From IMG/VR virus record IMGVR_UViG_3300005077_000010, positions 27,660 through 91,659 of that record: a stretch of 64,000 bases of DNA. The stretch is one strand, 5' to 3'. Shown here one piece after another: positions 38,175-45,895 of this stretch. Below the pieces are notes generated by a model. The model did not search any database, was not told the origin of the DNA, and saw only the letters and a program-made list of their open reading frames with translations. The translations under genes were made by a program, and so were the position numbers. This DNA is from a virus. Every line of letters begins with the position of its first letter. Positions within the stretch are counted from its first letter, which is position 1.

Positions 38175-39221
38175 ATGGCAACTACAACATTTTTAATGAT
38201 AGATGGTTGTGGACATTACGATACATCTACTGGTTTAGGAAGAAAATGGGATGTATTTGGTACTGTTAGCTTTTCTAATACCTCTCCACGGCGAACAGGA
38301 ATAGGACATATAAGAATAGGCGGGTCATATGATAATGAATGTGGTGTATATATTCCAACATTTTATAATACAATTACATTTGGGGCGGCAGTTAGATTGA
38401 ATGCTAGTTTAACTTCTGGACAATATGCTGGATTATTTATGGTTAAAACTGCTGGGGAAACCCGTCAAGTTTATTGTACTATAAGTTATGGTGGTAAATT
38501 AAGGGTAGGAAGACAAAAACCGGATAATGCGACAGATATAATAGCAACAGAAAGTACAGGATCAATAATAACAGGAACATGGACATACATTGAATTTAAA
38601 GTTTATTTAGCTAATACATCTGGGCGTTATGCAGTATACGTTAATGGTGTACAAAAATTGAATGGGTATGCTGACACGGTATATAGTGGAACAGAATATT
38701 TAGCTGCTTTTGTATCATTAATAGGAGGGCAGCAACAATTAGATTACACAGATATTTATATTAGAGGCAGTACCGCATTTGCTGGAGATTTTTTAGGTGA
38801 TTGTAGGGTAGATACATTGCGTCCACTAAGTGATGGTGGTATAATAGAATTTACACCATCAACAGGAACAAGTAACGCGGCATGTATAGATAATACAAAT
38901 GAAGATGATGATACCACTTGTATTTATGGGGCAACACAGAAAAAAGATGTTTATAATTTTTCTAGACTACCAGAAATTGGAGTTTCAACAGTTTATGGTT
39001 TAGGAATTACAGTGGCAGCAAAATTAAGATACAGTGATACAGGAAGTATAAAACAGCTTGCAGCAATGTGTGGTAGTGCAGTAAGTACACCAACTACTAT
39101 TTTGTCTACCGACCGTGTATTAAAGCAATTTTTATATACTCTTGCTCCTTTTGATGTTCCGGTAACTTGGACTGTTGACTATGTTAATACTTTTCAATAT
39201 GGCGTTTATGTTTACGCTTAA
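38175..39221 (+). CDS. ConA/LamG-like beta-sandwich virion protein, paralog 3
   Basis: MIDG, WTYIEFK, TDIY, FLGDCRVDTLRP, CIDN, WTVDYVN. Confidence 0.6.
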   Translation: MATTTFLMIDGCGHYDTSTGLGRKWDVFGTVSFSNTSPRRTGIGHIRIGGSYDNECGVYIPTFYNTITFGAAVRLNASLTSGQYAGLFMVKTAGETRQVYCTISYGGKLRVGRQKPDNATDIIATESTGSIITGTWTYIEFKVYLANTSGRYAVYVNGVQKLNGYADTVYSGTEYLAAFVSLIGGQQQLDYTDIYIRGSTAFAGDFLGDCRVDTLRPLSDGGIIEFTPSTGTSNAACIDNTNEDDDTTCIYGATQKKDVYNFSRLPEIGVSTVYGLGITVAAKLRYSDTGSIKQLAAMCGSAVSTPTTILSTDRVLKQFLYTLAPFDVPVTWTVDYVNTFQYGVYVYA

Positions 39222-39233
39222 GGGGTTTATAAA

Positions 39234-40010
39234 ATGTCATTAATTACTAAAGTAGCGGGGTCTACTACAAACTCTTATGTATCTTTAGTAGAGGCTAATG
39301 CGTATATTGCTTCTAGACCTGATAGTAAAAACTGGAGTGATAATGGGTATTTAGAACGCGAACGATTACTAAGGCAAGCTACTATTGATATTGACGTATT
39401 TAAGTTTAAAGGTGAAAAATTGTTTAAAGGCGGGTTTGGCGGTTTAGAGCCTGTACCATCTAACACGAGTATGTATGATTATTTAAATAACGGTTATCAA
39501 AATTTACGGTTTCCTAGATCTTGGCACGAACGGTACATAGGTAATCCTGATAGTGGGACAACTACGACTTTAGTGGATTCTTCATTTATTGGATTACCTA
39601 GAGATGATGATTATTTTAATTATGGAGCTATTTATATATTAAGTGGAACAAATATAGGGCAATCTAAAAGTATAACAGATTATGATGCTGCTACAGGAAC
39701 TTTTACAGTGGATTCAGCCTTTAGTAGTGCTATTAATTCAACAAGTCAGTATTTAATTTTAGCTCCTGTAGATAGATATGTAAAATACGCCACAATAGAA
39801 CAAGCATTATTTTTAAGTAATAGTTTAGAATTACAACAAGTAAAAGAATGGCAGCAGGCCGGAATAATTTCTAGATCTATAGGGGATGTAAGTATAAGAT
39901 TTGGAGATACCAGAGGATCAATGGACAAGGTTTTTGGATTTTTTGGGGCTAATGCTTATAAATATATACAGCAATTTGTAGATAAATCAGTATATTTAGG
40001 TAGAGCTTAA
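39234..40010 (+). CDS. Head-tail adaptor/connector protein
   Basis: NSYVSL.EA.AY, L.FPR, VKYATIEQA, SIGDVSI. Confidence 0.75.
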   Translation: MSLITKVAGSTTNSYVSLVEANAYIASRPDSKNWSDNGYLERERLLRQATIDIDVFKFKGEKLFKGGFGGLEPVPSNTSMYDYLNNGYQNLRFPRSWHERYIGNPDSGTTTTLVDSSFIGLPRDDDYFNYGAIYILSGTNIGQSKSITDYDAATGTFTVDSAFSSAINSTSQYLILAPVDRYVKYATIEQALFLSNSLELQQVKEWQQAGIISRSIGDVSIRFGDTRGSMDKVFGFFGANAYKYIQQFVDKSVYLGRA

Positions 40011-40012
40011 TA

Positions 40013-40174
40013 ATGGTGGTAAAAACTAAACAAGGATATTATGTTTATTCTGCTCCTTTATCGAATGGCAGACGAAAAAGATTAGGGGGACCATATCCAT
40101 CTAAGTCACAAGCAGATAGAATAAATAAAAGATCTAAATTACGCACAAAAAAACAAATGAGACGTAAAAGATAA
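40013..40174 (+). CDS. Small basic protein (53 aa, below the ORF-track cutoff)
   Basis: MVVKTKQGYYVYSAPLSNGRRKRLGGPYPSKSQADRINKRSKLRTKKQMRRKR exactly fills the intergenic gap. Confidence 0.65.
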   Translation: MVVKTKQGYYVYSAPLSNGRRKRLGGPYPSKSQADRINKRSKLRTKKQMRRKR

Positions 40175-40188
40175 AATTTGGAGGTGCT

Positions 40189-41226
40189 ATGGAAGAAAAG
40201 AAATTTAAGACGATAGCTTTTGCGGCTGGAGATAAATATGGATGTGGATATTATAGAATGTTTTTGCCGTCTGTAAGTTTATGCCGTATTGGAATTCCAG
40301 CCCATTTAATGACAATGGACCGTACACATTTATATGATATGGCAGATACACTTGTAATTCAACGACCAGCAGATCCGGGGTTAGAAACATTAGTTGATGA
40401 AGCACATTCTAATGGAGTTAAAGTTGTATTTGAATTAGACGATAATTTATGGAGTCTTCCTAAATGGAATCAAGCGTATCCTTTTTGGACTAAACATAGA
40501 TTAAGCGTGACAGAAAGAATTTTGGCTAAATGTGATGGTGTAACTACTACTACAGAACCATTAGCAGAAGTATTAAGTCAATGGAATGATAATATTACAA
40601 TTGTTCCTAATGCTATTTTTGATCATAATTATATTGAAATGCCACAAAAATTAGAAGTAAATAGAGGAATAATAATTGGCTGGATAGGATCGTCTTTTCA
40701 TATGCAAGATACTAAAGTATTTAATGATTTAATTCCGTTAGTACTAGATAAGTATCAGGATATTGGATTTTTAACAATGGGTGAGCCGTTACCTAAATCA
40801 CTTGGAGCATACTTTAATAGAGTAATATCTTTACCTTTTGTTGAAGCAATTTATTATCATACTATTTTATCAAGTTTTACAATGAATATAGGATTAGCCC
40901 CATTAGTAGTAAACGATTTTAATAGATGTAAAAGCCCTATTAAGTTGATAGAATATTTATATACTAACACATTTCCAATTTGTTCTGATATTGAACCGTA
41001 TAGAAGCGTTAAAAAAGAGTATAATGACTCTTGTATGTTAATTCCGACAAATGAACACCAAGCTGGAAGTGTCGATGATTGGATGGACGCAATAGATTAT
41101 TATATCAAAAATATAGATAAGTGTACAGAACAAGCGCAAAAGGGGCGAGAGTTTGTTCTTACTAATTATAATATAGAAACAGATAAAATGAGAAATTTGT
41201 ATAAAAAAGCGTATTTTATTGAATAG
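40189..41226 (+). CDS. GT-B (GT4-like) glycosyltransferase in neck module
   Basis: GCGYYRM..P, IQR, ELDDNLW, VPNAI, IGWIGS..H..D, IGLAPL...FNRCKS.IK.IEY. Confidence 0.85.
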   Translation: MEEKKFKTIAFAAGDKYGCGYYRMFLPSVSLCRIGIPAHLMTMDRTHLYDMADTLVIQRPADPGLETLVDEAHSNGVKVVFELDDNLWSLPKWNQAYPFWTKHRLSVTERILAKCDGVTTTTEPLAEVLSQWNDNITIVPNAIFDHNYIEMPQKLEVNRGIIIGWIGSSFHMQDTKVFNDLIPLVLDKYQDIGFLTMGEPLPKSLGAYFNRVISLPFVEAIYYHTILSSFTMNIGLAPLVVNDFNRCKSPIKLIEYLYTNTFPICSDIEPYRSVKKEYNDSCMLIPTNEHQAGSVDDWMDAIDYYIKNIDKCTEQAQKGREFVLTNYNIETDKMRNLYKKAYFIE

Positions 41227-41235
41227 GAGAATAAG

Positions 41236-42090
41236 ATGAAATATATTACTTTATTAGTAAAAGATGACGTTACAAATTTAATACACTTATATAAAAAATT
41301 ATTTAATACGTCGTATGATAGTGTAGCTTTATATACAGCTTACGATAGAAAACTAAAACAATTTTGTATTGATAGTGAATTAATTAAGCATTTTCCGAAA
41401 TTAACATATATTGGACCTACAGCAGTATATGAAGATTATGTAACGTTTGCTAATTTTCCTACATATACAGATTTAGAAGATTATCAAAATAATTTTATAA
41501 ATGTTAATATAATGGAGCATCTAAAAACAACACATATACAAAATATTTTTCCTAAACAAGAAACAATATATAAATTCCCATTAAATATAAATAAAACAGA
41601 ATTTGATAATATAGTACTTAACCCTGATAATTTCAATATTTGTATTAACATATTTGATATGATGTACGATAAGAGTTTTGCGTTACATTATAATTTAATT
41701 TATTGTTTAAGTGAATTAAATGAGCATTTTAAAAATATTGAAATACATTTAATCGGGTTACACAATGAAGGATTAAATGATATGGTGCTTACTAATGCAA
41801 GTGAAATAGCCGATACTGTTTCTATTAAATTAACAAACCATTTAAATGACTCTTTCTCTTCTCAAATGGGGGTATTACTTAAATCAAAAAAATTAATATC
41901 TAATCCATTTGGTTTTGGAGCTTTAGCTTATACTACTGGAGTAAATTCATTAATTATTTATCCTTTTTATGATGAACATTACATAGGAAAAACAATTGAT
42001 CCGACTAAAAATAACAAACATTATATTGAAAGTACAGAAGAAGATTATATCGACAATTTAGAATTATTTATTGAAAATATAAAGGAATAA
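41236..42090 (+). CDS. GT-B (GT9-like) glycosyltransferase-like protein
   Basis: C-terminal LLKSKKLISNPFGFGALAYTTGVNSLII resembles the GT9 A...I..DSG..HLA.A.G.P motif. Flanked by GTs. Confidence 0.5.
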   Translation: MKYITLLVKDDVTNLIHLYKKLFNTSYDSVALYTAYDRKLKQFCIDSELIKHFPKLTYIGPTAVYEDYVTFANFPTYTDLEDYQNNFINVNIMEHLKTTHIQNIFPKQETIYKFPLNINKTEFDNIVLNPDNFNICINIFDMMYDKSFALHYNLIYCLSELNEHFKNIEIHLIGLHNEGLNDMVLTNASEIADTVSIKLTNHLNDSFSSQMGVLLKSKKLISNPFGFGALAYTTGVNSLIIYPFYDEHYIGKTIDPTKNNKHYIESTEEDYIDNLELFIENIKE

Positions 42091-42091
42091 T

Positions 42092-42871
42092 ATGATAGCT
42101 ATTGGGATTGTCACATATAATGAGGTAATTGATAAAACAAAAAACGCAGTTGACATTTATGAGTTTGTATTACATTTAATTAATACAATACATACGTTTA
42201 CAACAGATGAATATGTATTAATTATTGTAGATAACGGCTCATTAGACTACAGGTTTCAATATTTAAATAAAGTTTTAAAAATACAATTTAAAGATATAAA
42301 CTCTATTTTTATACGAAATAACCAAAATGATTTAACAAGTGCATGGAATATAATTGTTGATACAGCATTAAATACATTAGACTGTTCTGGAGTTATATTA
42401 CTTAATCAAGATATATTATTAACAAAATATTGGATGCCATTTGTTAAAGCTGTACAGTATCAAGCTCAAGATGTTATAGCACCTATGGCAACTGGAGCGT
42501 GTTATCAACCGTTACAAGAAGTAAGTGAAAATAGTTACATAGTAGAAAATAAAATATTAGTTACAAAAGTAGTACAGGGATTTTGTTTTGGTGCGTCTAA
42601 AGAATGTTTTAAAAATAATATGTATAATAAGACTAACTATTTTAATCCTGGGTTTTCTTGGGATTTTAATGAGACAGAATTTCAACAAAGAAATAACAAA
42701 ATTGGTGGAAAGTCACTAATATTAAAAAACGCATATGTTATTCATCTTGATCAATGTTCTTGGTTACATGCCGGATTAAGAAGTCAACAAAAATTAGAAG
42801 ATTATACAGGCGAAGAAAGATTACTGGTTTTAGATAAATTTGCGTATTCAGCTTATTATAATTGTAAATGA
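42092..42871 (+). CDS. GT2-like glycosyltransferase in neck module
   Basis: IGIVTYN, LIIVDNGS, AWN, LLNQDI, QGFCF, YVIH. Confidence 0.8.
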   Translation: MIAIGIVTYNEVIDKTKNAVDIYEFVLHLINTIHTFTTDEYVLIIVDNGSLDYRFQYLNKVLKIQFKDINSIFIRNNQNDLTSAWNIIVDTALNTLDCSGVILLNQDILLTKYWMPFVKAVQYQAQDVIAPMATGACYQPLQEVSENSYIVENKILVTKVVQGFCFGASKECFKNNMYNKTNYFNPGFSWDFNETEFQQRNNKIGGKSLILKNAYVIHLDQCSWLHAGLRSQQKLEDYTGEERLLVLDKFAYSAYYNCK

Positions 42872-42890
42872 CACTATTATTTGATATAAT
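42862..42890 (+). promoter_or_regulatory. sigma70-type promoter
   Basis: TTGTAA-N17-TATAAT with extended -10 TGn. Confidence 0.5.
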
Positions 42891-42922
42891 ATAATAAAAT
42901 AATTAATATAGGGGATTTTATA

Positions 42923-43252
42923 GTGTCTATCGTAGATGGGATACTTAACCAAACACTAACTTCAATTTCTTCTACTACAAGAGACGGATATGGAAGAGTG
43001 GTATCAACAGAACTTTATACTAGTATACCATGTAGGTTTCAATCTAGATTTGATTTGGTTTTAGATAAGACAGGACAAGAATCTGTATCTAAAGCGCAAA
43101 TATGGATAAAAGATTCAATAGATGGGGAAGATATTACAGTAGATGTAGATTATATTTGTGTATATGGCGGAATTAATTATACAGTTATGGCATATGAATA
43201 TCATTATAATTTAATGGGAGAAGTAGAGTATATTAAGTTATACTTAAGATAA
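42923..43252 (+). CDS. Head-closure/stopper protein
   Basis: LNQT.T.....DGYG....IPCR...G...VS.A.I; size and position fit. Confidence 0.7.
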   Translation: MSIVDGILNQTLTSISSTTRDGYGRVVSTELYTSIPCRFQSRFDLVLDKTGQESVSKAQIWIKDSIDGEDITVDVDYICVYGGINYTVMAYEYHYNLMGEVEYIKLYLR

Positions 43253-43260
43253 TAAATACT

Positions 43261-43962
43261 ATGAGAGTACATTTATTAGATAGAGATAATCCTAATTTAC
43301 CCACGTATCAAACAGCTACTGGACGAATGCGTGGAGTATATAGTGTTGACACATTATTTAAAAATATAACAGGAGTAGTAGCTATAGGGATTAACAAAGC
43401 AATAATAAAAAATGCAAAAAGTATATTTGATTTATCTATGAGAATGGTTCCGGTTGATACAGGAAAAACAGCGCAAAGTGGGAGATTAATGGTAGCCGGA
43501 AGAACTGTAGGAGTAGGAGTTGTAGACGATGCGGAAAATGGAGTTACACACGCTGTTTATACGTTTAAAAGTGCTGAAGATGTTATACTTAAAGCGTCTA
43601 GTACTCCACAAGTAAACATTAGAATAGGATTTAGACGTTTTGATGATAAAACAGGCGAAAATATAATTGATAAAATTCACGAACTTGGTCCTTTAGGTAG
43701 TAGAAAAGAAAAGGCATTAAAACAAGGAAGATCTGGACATTTTATTACATTCCCTTTTTATCAATATTCTAAAAAAATAACATATGACATTCAACAATTT
43801 GTAGCAAGAGAATTAGGTAAAGTAACTTTTCATGGCGGTAGTGGGCCATATGTCCCTACTAGTGCATATACTAGCAAAGGGAAAATAAAAAAATCAACGG
43901 TTTCTGCGTACAAAGCTTATAAACACAGTCAAAGGGGAATACTTACCTTTTCAATTAAATAA
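43261..43962 (+). CDS. HK97 gp10-like tail completion/neck protein
   Basis: VPVDTG...SG motif, IHE. Confidence 0.65.
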   Translation: MRVHLLDRDNPNLPTYQTATGRMRGVYSVDTLFKNITGVVAIGINKAIIKNAKSIFDLSMRMVPVDTGKTAQSGRLMVAGRTVGVGVVDDAENGVTHAVYTFKSAEDVILKASSTPQVNIRIGFRRFDDKTGENIIDKIHELGPLGSRKEKALKQGRSGHFITFPFYQYSKKITYDIQQFVARELGKVTFHGGSGPYVPTSAYTSKGKIKKSTVSAYKAYKHSQRGILTFSIK

Positions 43963-43967
43963 ACTAG

Positions 43968-43996
43968 TTGACTTTTAATATACAATAAAATATAAT
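43968..43996 (+). promoter_or_regulatory. sigma70-type promoter upstream of tail genes
   Basis: TTGACT-N17-TATAAT. Confidence 0.75.
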
Positions 43997-44016
43997 TATA
44001 AATAGGGTAAAACTAC

Positions 44017-44403
44017 ATGGCAACATTATTAGACGAATTAAAAGACTATTTAGTTGCTCAAGGGGTTGGAACTTTTGGAACTAACCTCTTTATAGGGTAT
44101 GAGCCAGATACTCCTAAAGACGTTGTTTCACTTTTTCCTATAGGTAGCCAACAAGCTCCTAGTGCTGTGGGAGGTAAAGAATATCCTCTAATTCAAGTAC
44201 GAGTAAGAAGTGAGACGTATCCTTCTGGGTATAATAAAGCAAGGCAGATCTTTACTTTATTACACCAAGAAACAAATTTATTAGCTACTTTAAGAGGACG
44301 TTGTTATGCTTTAAGTAGCGAACCCCTTTTCTTAGGTCACGGGGATAATGGAGAATTCTTGTTCTCTCAAAATTATACATGGTATTTATCTAATTCCATA
44401 TAG
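44017..44403 (+). CDS. Tail terminator protein
   Basis: YL...GVGT.GT.LFIG..PD.P, P.IQVRVR, P..LG....E..FS.N. Confidence 0.75.
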   Translation: MATLLDELKDYLVAQGVGTFGTNLFIGYEPDTPKDVVSLFPIGSQQAPSAVGGKEYPLIQVRVRSETYPSGYNKARQIFTLLHQETNLLATLRGRCYALSSEPLFLGHGDNGEFLFSQNYTWYLSNSI

Positions 44404-44414
44404 GAGACAGTTAA

Positions 44415-44993
44415 ATGAGTTATGTCGATACCGATAACTATACCCTTGGAATGGCTAGATTATACTTCTATGAGGATACTACACCTACAGGCGCAGCTAC
44501 TCTATATGAGTGGGATATTGGAAACATTATTGTAGCTTCTATCTCTCCTGAAGTAACATATCTAGATCACTATACGGTATTAAATGGAACACGAAAGAAA
44601 GACCGTTCTTTAATTACAAACAAGGCCCTATCTGTAAACTTCACGTTTGATGAAATTACAGCTGGTGCCATGCAGGAATGGTTACTCGCTAGTGGTAGTT
44701 CTGCTGCTCCATCTGCAAGTGGTTACCGTATTTACCCGATGGCGCGTGGTGAAATCAAGGGTTGCGCTAAATTAACTTTTGATTCTGAATTTGGCCGCGA
44801 TTACACTTGGTATATTCCTTGTGCTAGTTTAAAACCTGATGGAACATTTGACTATAATGCTGAAGACTGGATGTCAGCTAAAGGAATCGTTGAATGTCTA
44901 GTAAACGATGCTACTGGCTTTGAAGATCAACCATTCGGATACATTGAGTTTGATGAACAAACTACAGGTACTGAAAACTACGAAGCAGTTTAA
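44415..44993 (+). CDS. Tail tube (major tail) protein
   Basis: Y.LG...LYF, DIGN, FTFDE, IP.ASL.PDG, P.G; position fits. Confidence 0.8.
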   Translation: MSYVDTDNYTLGMARLYFYEDTTPTGAATLYEWDIGNIIVASISPEVTYLDHYTVLNGTRKKDRSLITNKALSVNFTFDEITAGAMQEWLLASGSSAAPSASGYRIYPMARGEIKGCAKLTFDSEFGRDYTWYIPCASLKPDGTFDYNAEDWMSAKGIVECLVNDATGFEDQPFGYIEFDEQTTGTENYEAV

Positions 44994-45003
44994 TTAATGA
45001 TAG

Positions 45004-45042
45004 GTGGCTGGAAAACCCTTAAGGGTTTTCCAGCCACTTTTT
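45004..45042 (+). terminator. Intrinsic terminator formed by a perfect 34-bp palindrome
   Basis: GTGGCTGGAAAACCCTT/AAGGGTTTTCCAGCCAC followed by TTTTT. Confidence 0.8.
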
Positions 45043-45053
45043 AGGAGATAGAA

Positions 45054-45485
45054 ATGGTAGAAAATATCACAAACAAAGAAGAAGAACTTCCAACTATAGA
45101 ACCACCTGTTAATGAAAGTACTAAAAAGAAAACAGAAGACGAGATTCTTTTTCCTGAAGTAGAGTTAGATGGATTTATTATTAAACCGTGGACATTAGGA
45201 AAATTACGTAAAATAAATCCTCATATTGAAAACATATTCACTACTTTAAAAAATAAAGATATAGTTTTAACATTACAAAATGTAGAAAATCATTTAATGG
45301 ATTTATATTTTGCAGCTGTTCCTCAAATTATGATCATTTTAGCTATTTCTTTAGAGGTATCAGAAGAAGATCTAGAAGAAATACCTATTCCACAAGCTAT
45401 CCGTTTAATATATTTAGTTTTTAAGCAAAATGAGGAATCAATAAAAAACGTATTGAACCTTCTTCAACTAGCAGCTATTCGGTAA
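45054..45485 (+). CDS. Tail assembly chaperone (gpG-like)
   Basis: Between tube and TMP, with a slippery A AAA AAC near the 3' end. Confidence 0.75.
   Translation: MVENITNKEEELPTIEPPVNESTKKKTEDEILFPEVELDGFIIKPWTLGKLRKINPHIENIFTTLKNKDIVLTLQNVENHLMDLYFAAVPQIMIILAISLEVSEEDLEEIPIPQAIRLIYLVFKQNEESIKNVLNLLQLAAIR
45443..45449 (+). other. Programmed -1 ribosomal frameshift site
   Basis: Heptamer A AAA AAC in the correct phase. The -1 frame is open (RIEPSSTSSYSVNLVSL) into ORF 45497..45880. Confidence 0.75.
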
Positions 45486-45880
45486 ATTTAGTTAGTTTGG
45501 GGGAGGTTATTACATATCTTATTGAACATAATCATACTCTAGATGACATATATAATAAGTATACATTAGATCAAGTATGGCTTTTTTATGAAAAGTCTGT
45601 TATAATAGGTAAAAAGAAACAGTACGAAGAAACTGTAGCTTTTGCTCACTGTATGGGTCTGCCATTAGGAGGAAAAGAAGCAGTACAAGCGTTTAATAAA
45701 TTTTTAAAGTCGCTCCTTCCAACGGAATTTCGGCAAAAAGTTCATCAAGCCGAGAAGCAAGAAACAATTAGGAAAGCCCGCCCAGATAAGGTTTTAGGAA
45801 AATTAGGAATTCCTATGCCTGAACGTCCTACTCCACCAAAAGTTAAACAAAAACGACCACCTATACCTACTAAAGATTAA
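45449..45880 (+). CDS. Tail assembly chaperone, frameshift extension (gpT-like)
   Basis: No good RBS or ATG of its own. In the -1 frame from the upstream gene. Confidence 0.7.
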   Translation, partial: RIEPSSTSSYSVNLVSLGEVITYLIEHNHTLDDIYNKYTLDQVWLFYEKSVIIGKKKQYEETVAFAHCMGLPLGGKEAVQAFNKFLKSLLPTEFRQKVHQAEKQETIRKARPDKVLGKLGIPMPERPTPPKVKQKRPPIPTKD

Positions 45881-45895
45881 TAAGGATAGTACAAA

